A stretch of DNA of 64,000 nt from Chiloscyllium plagiosum. Taxonomy: Eukaryota. The position numbers and the translations under genes were made by a program. Shown here one piece after another: positions 39,089-50,727 of this stretch (position 1 is its first letter; the number at the start of each line of letters is the position of its first letter). The DNA is taken from positions 39,234,395 through 39,298,394 of the forward strand of contig NC_057712.1 in the NCBI RefSeq assembly GCF_004010195.1. Direction: 5' to 3'. Under the pieces are notes generated by a model, which saw only the letters and a list, made by a program, of their open reading frames with translations, was not told where the DNA came from and searched no databases.

Positions 39089-39963
39089 GTTGTCATGGAC
39101 CAGTTTGGGCCAAAAGGCCTGTCTCCTAGCTGTCGGATTCTATGACTGTTGGACAGCTTTTCTCTTGGAGATATGTCATAAATAGTTCATAATGTCTATT
39201 ACACATACTCTTTGGGATCTCTTGGTGGATTTGCGATGGAATACAGTTGAAACATTACACAATTTCATGTTTATCAGGTGTTTGCAGGATATACAGTCAT
39301 CAGAAACTTATGGAAAACTCCAAGCTTGTTTTCATTCCATGAAAAAGACACATGCTAACAAAACACATACTGACCGATTAGTCACAAATACTGAGCAGCA
39401 GGAATTCTGCTTGTGTTATTCTCTTTCATCCTGGCAGCAACAAGACCACCTGCTAACTGTTATCTGGGAGACCTTGGACACCTTGAAATTTGGCTGTACA
39501 CAGTCCCAACAGTGAGCATTGCTTTTGGTGGCACTGCTGGCATCAGATAAATGCTGACTGGTTGCTGTCAAGAGGTAGAACTTCCAACTCAACTGGGCTA
39601 ATGTTAAATGGGTCGAGCGTAAGCTGACCCAATTGCTGTGGCTTGCCCATGATTTTTAACCTTGGCAGGCAAGGTTATTTTTAAACTCACTTATGGGATG
39701 TTGGTATTGCTGGCTGGGGCAGCCTTTATTCCCCATCCCCAGCTGCCCTTAAGATTTCGGTCCCTCAGCTTTGTTTCTCTTGCCATAGATGCTGCCTGCA
39801 GCTCAGTATTTTAGTATCATCAGAATTTTGCTTTAGAAAAATATTGGGACTTTTTTTGCTATTTAAACATAGCTCATTTTTATATGATAATCTTTTTTCT
39901 CTGTCTCTTTAAAATAAACATATCACATTTTGACAAATGCTGTGATGCTTATTTCTTTACCAG

Positions 39964-40311
39964 GATGACGATGTCCTAGTTACTGAAGGGCAACTCTTTG
40001 GACCATTTGAGGGGAGATGCATAAAGGTTATTGGCAAAGACAAAACAATCCAAAAGAAAATTGGACCGACGTATGGAAGTAAATTAAATTTCATTAATCC
40101 TTCTGGAATATGCGTGGATGAAAGTGGAAATATTCTTGTTGCTGATAAAGGAAAAAACTGTGTGGTGATGTTTAATCCAGACCTATCTCTTTCTGCAATG
40201 GTTGTGAAGCAGGATCTTCAAGGACCTTGTGGATTGTGTCTGATGCAGGAAGGGTATTTAGCTGTTGCTGATTGCTACCATCACAATGTAAAGATTTACC
40301 AGTACAGGTGA
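39964..40311 (+). CDS. NHL-repeat protein terminal coding exon (DDDVLVTEG...FINPSGICVDESGNILVADKG...GPCGLCLMQEGYLAVADCYHHNVKIYQYR*)
   Basis: tttctttaccag acceptor, phase 0, in frame with exon A; 115 codons + TGA; ATTAAA at 40351 and 40390 downstream. Confidence 0.9.
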   Translation, partial: DDDVLVTEGQLFGPFEGRCIKVIGKDKTIQKKIGPTYGSKLNFINPSGICVDESGNILVADKGKNCVVMFNPDLSLSAMVVKQDLQGPCGLCLMQEGYLAVADCYHHNVKIYQYR

Positions 40312-40624
40312 AGATATGGTGAGAACACCAATTTTTCATGGTATGTTGGGATTAAAATGATTGGTATTCTTCTATTGATTTATGTCTGGATTAAATATGT
40401 TCTCTGTTTTGTGGCTGCAGATGCCTTTAACTTCAAATTATTGTGACATAATTTTAATCTTCCATCCTTTTTGTGTGTGTCTGACTAAAAAATTAAAACA
40501 AAAGGCTGTAGTTCAGAGATGCTGAAAAAGTTGTTGTGTGGGCTGAAGAGTGATAGCAATGAGAAAACATTGGATAGACTATGGTTATTTTTTGGAACTG
40601 AAGAGGTTGTGGAAGAGTGAACTG

Positions 40625-42205
40625 AGATCTTCATGGTGGAAGACACCAGCAGCATACCTGAATTTAAAGAGTCAGGGGCAGAAGTGAGAGGAGTGGCCAT
40701 CACTAGGCAGAAAGTGCTGAAGGAGATAGCCGAAAATATTGTGGATGCATTGGTGGTGATCTTTCAGGAATCACTGGAGTCAAGGAAGGTATCAGAGGAC
40801 TGGAAAATGGCTAATGTAACACCCTAGTTTAAAAGAGGAGGGTGAAGGAGAAGCCAGGAAATCTTAGCCTGACCTCGGTTGTTGGTATGATTTTAGAATC
40901 CATTATTAAGAAGTAAATTACGGAGTACTTGGAAGGGCATGGTAAAATAGGGCTGAGTCAGCACTGCTTTGTCAAGAGGAGGTCATGCCTATCAATTCTG
41001 TTATAATTCTTTGAGGAGGTTAATGAGCAAATTAGACAAAGGCGAGCCAGTGGACATGATCTATTTCAATTTCCAGAAGGCCTTTGACAAGGTACTGTGC
41101 AAGAGGTTGCTTAACAAAATAAGAGCCCACGGTTTTAGGGCAAGACACTGGCATGGATAGAGGATTGGCTCACTGGCAGAAGGCAGAGAATAGGGATAAA
41201 GGGTTCTTTTTCAGGATGGCAGCCAGTGACTAGTGGAGTTCTGCAGGAGTCAGTGTTGGGGCCACATCTATTCACATTATACATTAATAATCTGGTCGAA
41301 GGAATTGATGGCATTGGTGGAGATGACACAAAGATAGGTTGAGGGACAGACAGGTAGTGTTGAGGAAATGAGGAGGCTGCAGAAAGAATAAGACAAGCTA
41401 GAGAGTAAGGCAAAGAAGTGATAGATGGAATGTAATGTGATATAGTGTGAGGTAATCCACTTTGTTAGGAAGGTGTAGTCTACTTTCTAAATGGAGAAAA
41501 GTTTCAGAAATTTGAAGCACAAAGGGAATTAGGAGTCCTAACTCAGGATTCTCTCATGGTTAACATGCAGATTCAGTTGGCAATTAGGAAGGCAAATGCA
41601 ATGACAGCATTCCTTTTCAGAGGGCTAGAATACAAGAGCAGAGATGTATCCTGGAGACTGTAAAAGGGTCTGGTCAGATCACATTTGTAATATTTTGAGC
41701 AGTTTGGGCCTTGTATCTGATCCAGAGGTAGTTTGCAAGAATAATCCCAGGGATGATGGGCTTTTCATATGAGGAGCAGCTGAGGACTCTGTATCCATAC
41801 ATGATGGAGTTGAGAAGGACGCAGTGCGGGGTGGGGGAATCTGGTTGAAACTTACAGAATACTGAGAGGCCTGGATAAAGTGGATGTGGGGAAGATGTTT
41901 CCACTAATAGGAGAGACTAGGACCCAACAGCCTAGCCTCACATTGAAAGACAACCCTTTAGAACTGAAATGGGGAAGAATTTCTTCACCTAGAGAGTGGT
42001 TAATCTGTGGAGGTCATTACCATAGAAATCTATGGAAGCCAAATCATTGAATGTATTTAAGACTAGGTTCCTGACTAGTAGGAATATCAAGGTTATGGGG
42101 AAAAGGAGAGAATGGGGTTGAGAAACATATCAGCCATGGTCAAATGGCAGCGTAGACAGATGTACCAAATGGCCTAATTCTGCCCCGATATCTTATTGTT
42201 TTATG
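40625..42205 (+). mobile_element. Decayed CR1 RT to 3' end
   Basis: EDWKMANVTP, FQKAFDKV, DDTKIG and CR1 3' sequence. Confidence 0.85.
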
Positions 42206-43549
42206 GCACTGCATTAGAGTAGACCCTTCTTGAGGGCCAACTCTCACCTCAGCCATTAAACAGCCATTGGGTTAAGGCTGGAATTCCCACAATCGAGAAG
42301 GAAGTCCCACCTCTTGAGAGTTATCAGCCAATGAAAGACCAGTATCTCTCTGGTCCCAACAGTGCCGCCAAAAACAGTGATCGCTGTTGGGACTAGGTAC
42401 AGCAATAGAGCCAAGCTTTTAGGTAAAGTTTTTTTAAACAATTCACTCCTTTTCCCTTGAATACGAGATCCATAACCAGGAGGGATAAATATGGGCAAAA
42501 AATGGAAAGAATAAGAAAGAAAGGGTGATGAGGGGCAACGTTTGCTGCCTGAAAGGTATAGATAGAAACCCTTATAACATTGAAAAAGTAGTTGGGATTT
42601 GAACTTGAAATTCTGTTATTGACAAGGCTACAGTAACCAAGTGCTAGAAAATGGGATTAGATTACATGGCTTTGCATTGGCCAGTGTGGATGTGATGGAC
42701 TGAATGGCCTCCCTTTGTATTGTGAATGATTCTATTTTGTTAGATAAAGTCAAATTCCATTGTCTGCTGATCGTACTGTGAACCATGGCAAGTTGGAAAT
42801 CAGGCTTCAGCACCACTCAATAGCGGCAAGGGCAAACTCAAGAGGAAACAGTCCATTATTTTATCTCTGGTCCCTGTTAATAGAGAGCTGGAAACCAGTT
42901 TAAACTTGTCAATCACTGCATCACTCAAAGAAAAATGTTTTCACATAAATAAACTTTTAGAAATATCCTCCTAAAAGAATTAAGGGACAGATTTTCCAGC
43001 GAAGTTCCTGGCACTTGGAGATGTTTTTGATATGAGTGTTAACAAGAATTTTAAAAGAGTTGGGGTACCTTCCCAGATGCAGGTCTTCAAAATGATCAGC
43101 GTCATTTTCAATCAAGTGTATCGACCCCAAATCTGATCCTCTAATCAGGGTCACATTAAGCACAGTTTTCAAATCTAGCAACATAACTATTTCCTAATGT
43201 AAAAATTGGATATATTTGACAGTCACATATTTTCTTTTGAAATATTGATAAGCTTATTATAATTAGCTGGTTATTAAAGCCTCATTTTAATTATTTTACA
43301 TTGTAACCAACTTCAAACATTTGGTAGTGGCAAATTGAGAATGACTGCAAAAAGTTGAGTATTGACCCAGATTCTCTCATTTGTTTTAAACTGTGAAGGA
43401 AATCATAGTGTATGGGATTGATAAAACAGAATCATAGAGTATAGTCATGGTAATCCAGAAAGCTAACCATGTTGAAAGTGTTTTAGCGTGACACTCTTGG
43501 ACCATAGTACATGTGTTGGGGATTCACAAGGTGGGATTTTGTGAGCAAC

Positions 43550-43637
43550 TTAAAGTACTAATTTAAAGTACTAATTTAAAGTACAATTTAAAGTACTAAT
43601 TTAAAGTACTAATTTAAAGTCACAATTTAAAGTACTA
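43550..43637. repeat. AT-rich 13-bp minisatellite (TTAAAGTACTAAT), about 7 copies
   Basis: Directly visible. Confidence 0.92.
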
Positions 43638-44769
43638 ATAATGAAGCTGCTTTTAGATGCACCTACATGAGGTTCATTTAAAGAAGGAAAACTCCTTTTA
43701 AAAGCAAGGTTCATTTTCTGTCAATGCTGAATCAGTTTAAGAACCCGTAAAGTGATTTTTAGCTTCATGATTGTCACCAAGTAAGTGCTGTTGTCGATTT
43801 ATTAGTTTAAAAAGATTGTAATCAGCATTCTGAATGTAACTAGCAGATCACAAAGCTTGTATTGCTTCAGACAGAGTCACCTGCCAAGCACTCAAATGTT
43901 TTTTTCAAATGCACTGGCATGCTTTTCTTTTGCTATTCAACATTTCTGGCAAGATGCAGCATATATCTACACCCTATTTCAACATAGCAAACTGGCACCC
44001 TGCTTACACCATGTAGCTGCACACTGCACATAACACATTTAGACAAAGGGCAAAGCTGAAATAATTAAAATAAAACTGGGCAGATTCTACAATTCATCCC
44101 CCATCCCATCATATTGCTACCATATGGTGAAGATCAAATTTTATCAGATTACTTAGTCAGGTTACTTATGTACAACCTAGCATTTCTGATACAGAAGGCT
44201 AGGAGAATGGAAATGGATAAAAGGCAAGATTAAGGGCTGTAAAAGAATAGCATAGGATTGTGTGTAGAAGGCAGAGGTATGAGGTTCAGGATGAGCAAAG
44301 AATAAGGGACAGGGTGATCAAAGTGTGAGGGCCTATGAAGAGATGAATAGTAGTGCAATGCAGAGAAAGGTGAATTGCCTTTTTTCTTAAAGAGGTGGTG
44401 TCCCTAAAAGTTGTATTGATTCCTGGTTGTCCCTGGTACAGCATATCTGGAGTGGTTGCATTCCAACAACGACCAGCTCTTTGCAGCTGAAGAAAGGGGG
44501 AACCATTATACAACTTTTTTTCTGCATTGGTATTATAATTTTGATCAGGCACTCTGACATCAATTTGATAATAGCATTATAGTCTCACTGAAATTATTCG
44601 ATAGGAGATTTGCCAGCAACATTTTAGGTGTATGTTACATTATCGACAAATAAAGCAAAATTCTAAGATTTTCTGCAGGATGTCTTTCTCCAGTCCCACT
44701 CTACCTCTTCTAATGACTTCACAATATATCAAATAAAATATAGCACCAAAGAGACAGTAAGACATTACT

Positions 44770-45085
44770 AACAGGGCAGAGAAAAGACTTCAATGGTGTC
44801 CTCAAAGCCTTCTGAAAACTTGTGGATATCTCTTTGACCAAAACACCTAAACTAGAGAAGCATCCTTGAAGAATGCCATCCTTCTTGAGCATTTCCGACA
44901 GACCCACATGGAGGCCAAAAGCAAACAGTGCGCAAAAACCCAAGTGTTGCACACACCTGCTTCAGCAAACATCATGTGCCCATCTGTGGGTTTGTGGATA
45001 CAGTGCTGGACTATTTAGTCACCTTAGGACCACTATACTGGAGTGGAAGAAAGTAGTCCTTCACTCTGAGGGAATGCACAAGATT
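44770..45085 (+). mobile_element. RTE-clade LINE 3' relic
   Basis: GQRKDFNGVLKA and C..CG...GLFSHLRT C-terminal peptides, plus a GGAGTGGAAG..AGT..TCCT 3' end. Confidence 0.55.
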
Positions 45086-45214
45086 GAAGAGAGATTGGGA
45101 GTTCCAAAGACCATGTATTGGTGGTGGAGCTGAGAACAGAGAGCTTGTTTTGGAAATCATGTGTCAGGCATGTGGAGGATGTGCCCCAACTATGGCAAAG
45201 ATGTCATGGAACAC

Positions 45215-46440
45215 AAGGAGAACTAGCCATTTGGATACAGAACTGACTCAAAGGTAGAAGGCAGACGGTAGTAGTGAAGGGTTGCTTTTTAGACTGGAGG
45301 CTTGTGACCAATGGACTGCCACAAGGATTGGTGCTGGATCCACTACTTTTTGTCATTTATATAAATGATTTGGATGTGAGCATAAGAGGTATAGTTAGTA
45401 AGTTTGCAGATGACACCAAAATTGGAGGTATAGTGGACAGCGAAGAAGGTTACCTCAGGTCACAACGGGATCTTGAACAGATGGGTCAATGGGCTGAGAA
45501 GTGGCAGATGGAGTTTAGTTTAGATAAATGAGGTGCTGCATTTGGGAAAGCAAATCTTAGCAGGACTTATACATTTAATGGTAAGGTCCTAGGGAATGTT
45601 GCTGAACAAAGAGACCTTGGAGTGCAGATTCATAGCTCCTTGAAAGTGGAGGTTCAGGAGATAGGAGAGTGAAGGTAGCGTTTGGTATGCTTTCCTTTAT
45701 TGGTCAGAGTACTGAGTACAGGAGTTGGGAGGTCATGTTGCAGCTGTACAAGACATTGGTTAAGCTACTTTTGGAATATTGCGCTCATATCTGGTTTCCA
45801 TCCTATCGGAAAGATGTTGTGAAACTTGAAAAGGTTTACAAGGATGCTGCCAGAGTTGGAGGATTTGAACTATAGAGAGATATTGAGTAAAAGCTACTTT
45901 TGGAATATTGCGCTCATATCTGGTTTCCATCCTATCGGAAAGATTTTGTGAAACTTAAAAAGGTTCAGAAAAGGTTTACAAGGATGCTGCCAGAGTTGGA
46001 GGATTTGAACTATAGAGAGATATTGAGTAAGCTGGGGCTGTTTTCCCTGGAGCGTCAGAGGCTGAGGGGTGACCTTAAAAAGGTTTGTAAAATCATGAGG
46101 AACAAGGATAGGATAAATAGACAAAGTCTCTTCCTTGGGGTGGGGAGTCCAGACGAGAGGGCATAGGTTTAGGGTGAGGGGAAAAATATAAAAGAGACCT
46201 AAGGGGCAACATTTTCACACAGAGAGTGGTACGTGTATAGAATGAGCTGCCAGAGGAAGTTGTGGAGGCTAGTACAATTGTTATTTAAAAGGCATCTGGA
46301 TGGGTATATAAATAGGAAGAGTTTGTAAGGAAATGGGTCAGGTGCTGGCAGATGAGACTAGATTGGATTGGGATGTCTGGTCGGCATGGACGAGTTGGAC
46401 CAAAAGGTTTGTTTCCGTGCTGTACAACTCTGTGACTCTA
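45215..46440 (+). mobile_element. CR1 3' part with an internal tandem duplication of about 129 bp
   Basis: FADDTKIGG; 45762-45890 is repeated at 45891-46030. Confidence 0.9.
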
Positions 46441-47290
46441 ATACTGATTGACTATAACCAATTCATTGATATTGTCCTGAGAGAGGACACTGAAATAGGA
46501 GTATTATTGTTGGTGATATTTCTCAAGGGTTTTGAGATGTAGATCGTACAAGTCTGTGTCTATAAACGTACAGGGGTGCTGTTAACACTACAACCAGCCT
46601 GTAGACCATGAGCTTGGTGTTAGGTTTAAGATTTTTGTCATCGACACTTGAAAGGTCTGAGAAATACTCTTATAAAACTTCAGCACTTGGAATTCAGTTG
46701 CAATATTCAAGTAGTGTGTTTATTACACATGGCCAATGCTGGACAGTCCAGACTCTTCTCCACCAAGGTTCAAAAGAGCAGAGTTTATATATGATTTCAT
46801 CATCAGTTACAATTCAATAGTATTATATTGGCAAAGGCCATAGCACAATGGCTTCTCGTTGACTGGTAACTGTGTTCCTATACTTGGTATTGATCTTTCA
46901 AGAGACAGTAAAGAATGTATATGTATTCTGCATAAATGTGTTCCTGTGCATTGTTTGTGTCTCCTATTTCTTAATCGAGTCACCCTGCATCATGGTTTGT
47001 GTATGTTTGGTAACCTAGCTGCTGGTCCTTACTGGCAGTCTAAAATTAATCAAACTTTTGCATCTTCATACTGGTTTCAGATCCATACGTCATTAATTTT
47101 TTTTGTTTTGTTTACCCTACATCCAAAAATGCTCGTACACACTACTGAATTTTTCCTCTCCCATCACCATAAAAAATAGTCTTAGTCTCTGGATTACTAG
47201 CCCAGTGATATTACCACTATTCCATCTTCACCAAACCCTGCTTCATTATTTATGACATTCTTAGAGGATGTATGCCTGTGCTTAGATATA

Positions 47291-47458
47291 CCTCAGCAGG
47301 TCAGGCAGCATCCAGGGAACAGGAGAATCGACGTTTCGGGCATAAGCCCTTCGATTCGTCGATTCTCCTGTTCCCTGGATGCTGCCTGACCTGCTGCGCT
47401 TTTCCAGCAACACATTTTCAGCTCTGATCTCCAGCATCTGCAGACCTCACTTTCTCCC
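47291..47458. mobile_element. Short palindromic Penelope-derived element
   Basis: 10-bp TSD CTTAGATATA (47281-47290, 47459-47468); inverted arms; partial hammerhead (stem II + GAAACGUC) on the minus strand. Confidence 0.82.
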
Positions 47459-47741
47459 CTTAGATATATCTCCACAAGTGGCTCACTGGGAAAGAGGACT
47501 CTGTGATTGAATCATTATTGTCTGTAGCATCTTTCAGTTAAGTACTTAAAAGGAGTGATCAGGTAAGGGAATAATCAGGATAAAAGACTACAGTAACTGG
47601 GATGGAAGCTATTGGTGATAACAAAAGATAGGAATATGTGAAGTCGGATGTTATGGACCTATGCACAGGATAATTTTAATATGGGTACATCATTGCCAAA
47701 ATATTGTTAAAAAAGATTGTGCTCTGTAGTCAAATGAACTC

Positions 47742-48388
47742 ATAGAGTCATACAGATGTACAGCATGAAAACAGACTCTTCGGTCCAGCCTGTCCATGCC
47801 GACCAAATATCCCAACCCAATCTAGTCCCAGCTGCCTTCACCCGGCCCACATCCCTCCAAACCCTTCCTATTCATATATCCATCCAAATGCCTTTTAAAT
47901 GTTGCAATTGTACCAGCCTCTACCACTTCCTCTGGCAGCTCATTCCATACACGTACCACCCTCTGCATGAACATGTTTCCCCTTAGGTCTCTTTTATATC
48001 TTTCCCCTCTCACCCTAAACCTATGGCCTCTAGTACTGGACTCCCCCACCCCAGGGAAAAGACTTTGCCCATTTATCCTATCCATGCCCCTCATAATTTT
48101 GTAAACCTCTTTAAAGTCAGCCTCCAATGCTCCAGGGAAAACAGCCCCAGTCTGTTCAGCCTTTCCCTATAGCTCAAATCCTTCAACCTTGGCAACATCC
48201 TTGTAAATCTTTTCTGAACCCTTTCAAGTTTCACAACATCTTTCCGATAGGATGGAGATCAGAAATGCATGCAATATTCTAACAATGGCCTAACCAATGT
48301 CCTGTACAGCCGCAACATGACCTCCCAACTCCTGTAACTCAATGCTCTGACCAATAAAGGAAAGCATACCAAATGCTTTCTTCACTAT
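47742..48388 (-). mobile_element. CR1 3' fragment
   Basis: RTRGHRFRVRGERYKRDLRGN-type peptide and gactctatg tail. Confidence 0.9.
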
Positions 48389-48825
48389 ATATGCCTGTAT
48401 TTAAAATCTAATTATCTCACACTGTCACTTCTTTCTTTAGGAAGTTATTTGAAATGAAGATCTGAAGAAAAAAACAACTTTAAGCCTGTAAGAGGAAATT
48501 AAATATTAAATTACTTGAACACAAGTGCTTGAAACATAATGATGTATGAGTTTCATATAATAGGTATTAGCATATTTACAAAAGATTAAAATATGTTTGC
48601 TAGTATTGGTTATACAAGGACATTTTACAATAAGCCGAGATGTCCATTCTCAGGACTTGTTACTTAAATTCTTTCACTTTGTGTCTTTCATTGTTGTTGA
48701 TTTATTACATGCAATATCACAGGGGATGGACAAGCATTGTTCAAAAATGCACTAAGGTCACTCATGACAAAGTGATGTTGCAAATGGTCTCACTCCAACC
48801 CTGGCCGGACTATCTTCTGCAATGC

Positions 48826-48917
48826 TGGAAATGTGTTGCTGAAAAAGCGCAGCAGGTCAGGCAGCATCCAGGGAACAGGAGAATCGACGTTTCGGGCATA
48901 AGCCCTTCTTCAGGAAT
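48826..48917 (-). mobile_element. Single-arm fragment of the Penelope-derived short element with an intact hammerhead core
   Basis: Reverse complement reads AUUC-CUGAAGA-A-GGGC-UUAU-GCCC-GAAAC-GUC-GAUUC (48881-48917). Confidence 0.75.
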
Positions 48918-49254
48918 GGCTTGTCTACTGCCTCTGAACCTAGCATTCGATTTCCTATACATATTACCCCTAGTTGACATTATCTCTAAATATGAGAGCT
49001 CCACACGGATTCTAAAAGCCTGGTTTTACCTTACCACTGTTTATCTTGACCCCCACCAACATTGTAAGCCAAATTGTTCAATGTCCATTTCTGAGGGAGC
49101 TTCAGTTTCCTTCAATTCAACTTTGGGAAGAGCAAAGACATAATCTTAGGGTCGCAGTCACAAATTCTGTTCACTTTGCATCCCGCTACCTGATCAAATT
49201 GCGGACTCTTTCTAGTTTCCACAAATGATTGGGTTAACTGGCACGAGACACTCA

Positions 49255-49415
49255 GAGGAAGGCTCGAGTTCCTTCGTGCACGAGGACGTCACCTGACCAA
49301 CGTCTCCCTGGGCGCGGGCACGCGGCGGGTGCTATGGAGACGTGCGCGTGATGGGAAGTCCGGGCCCAGGGCAGGAGGCGATCCGAGTGTGAGGGGAGTT
49401 GCTGGTGTCTGCGAC
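49255..49415 (+). promoter_or_regulatory. CpG-rich promoter / 5' region of the SLC17A5-like gene, with CLEAR-like GTCACCTGAC (49288-49297)
   Basis: CpG cluster over about 49240-49580 spanning exon 1; motif seen directly. Confidence 0.7.
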
Positions 49416-49473
49416 ATGGAGGGTTCCGGGGATGAGGATATCCAGCCGCTCCTTGACAGGGAGCGGAGGAAAG
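49416..49473 (+). CDS. SLC17A5: Sialin-like coding exon 1 (MEGSGDEDIQPLLDRERRK + 1 nt) with dileucine lysosomal sorting motif
   Basis: Good Kozak context (gacATGG), AAG|GTGCGT phase-1 donor matching exon 2. DIQPLL fits [DE]xxxLL, like sialin DRTPLL. Confidence 0.85.
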
Positions 49474-50422
49474 GTGCGTGACCGCGGCTTGTTGGACAGT
49501 GTCGGTGGGTGCTGTCACCCGACTCCCAGGGCTGCCCTGTAGCTACCATTCTCTTAAGATGTGTCCCGGCCGCAAACATCTTCTCTCCTCCCTCCCCCTC
49601 GGAAAGACTGCAACTGTTTTTGTCACTGACTACAGCGTAGTCATTAAAAAAGCGAAACGTCTGCTCGCCCCGTCCTAGATGTGCTGGCTCTTTGAAAGCA
49701 TTCTCATCCCCGGAACGATTCCCCTCTGTCCTCATTTGAGGTCATCCCCCCCCCTTTCAAAATATATATTTTATACGTGTCCCCTCGTCGTTCAATATGC
49801 CATTCCCCATTTTAATTACCTTTTACTTCCTGATCTCTCGCATCGTTGGTTCATTTCTCCACCAGCATTGTCAGATTATCTCCTCGGAGGCTGTGCCCTG
49901 CAATGGAAGAGCTTTTGTTTTAAGTTCCCTGCTCAGGTGCTGAGGTAAACTTGGGTTTTAACATTCTTTTACGTTTATCTGTTATTTGCATCTGTATTTG
50001 GATTAGAACTGCTGTGGACATTTTCTTTAGAGAATTCACTGCTCATAGAGTCGTGGAGGTCTACAGCGCAGAGAAGGACCCTTCGCCCCGACGCATCTAC
50101 TTGGGTCAAAATCAACCATCTAACAACTCTAATCCCATTTTCCAGCGCTTGGCCTATTGCCTTGTATGCCTTGGCAACGCAAGTGCATATCTAAATAATA
50201 CTAAAATGTTTCTATTACTCATACAGGCAGTGAGGTCCACATTACTATTACTGAGTGAAAACATTTCTCTTCACATTCTCTCTGGCCCCTAACCATAAAT
50301 CTCTATGCCATCTGTAGGTACTTTCCTGTGTGTATTCATTGTTTTGCATTACAAATTATTTAACCTAGGAATGCAGTGCTGTACTTGTATGGCACAATAT
50401 GCAATATTTTATGCATACAATC

Positions 50423-50727
50423 CTTACTGTGTGGAAGCAGGCCAGTTGGCCTATAAAATCCATACCAATCCTCCCAAGAGCATCCCACCCAGACTCGCCC
50501 TATCCCAATAATTCCCTAACAAACCTACCTAGCCTACGCATCCCTGGACATTATAGGCAATTTAGCATGGCCAGTTCACCTAACCTGCACATCTTTGGAC
50601 TGAGAGGAAACTGGAGCACTTGGGGGAAACCCGCTCAGACACTGAGACCGCAAACTCCAGACAGGCAGTTTTTCCAATGGTGGAATCTAACTTTGATCTC
50701 TGGTGCAGTGAGGCAGGAGTGCTGCCC
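50423..50727 (-). mobile_element. Decayed HE1-like SINE
   Basis: GGCAATTTAGCATGGCCAGTTCACCTAACCTGCACATCTTTGGACTG core. Confidence 0.8.

Noticed and set aside
30824-40311. Assigning the symbol TRIM32, TRIM2/3 or NHLRC1 to the NHL gene
   Set aside because: The similarity is family-level and judged by eye, with no RING/B-box and a different intron structure; orthology cannot be claimed without a phylogeny.
43550-43637. CRISPR-like array
   Set aside because: No unique spacers; a simple tandem repeat in a vertebrate genome.
49252-49735. Minus-strand ORFs of 88 and 148 aa over the CpG island
   Set aside because: GC-rich, stop-poor sequence antisense to the sialin-like exon 1, with no recognisable domain.
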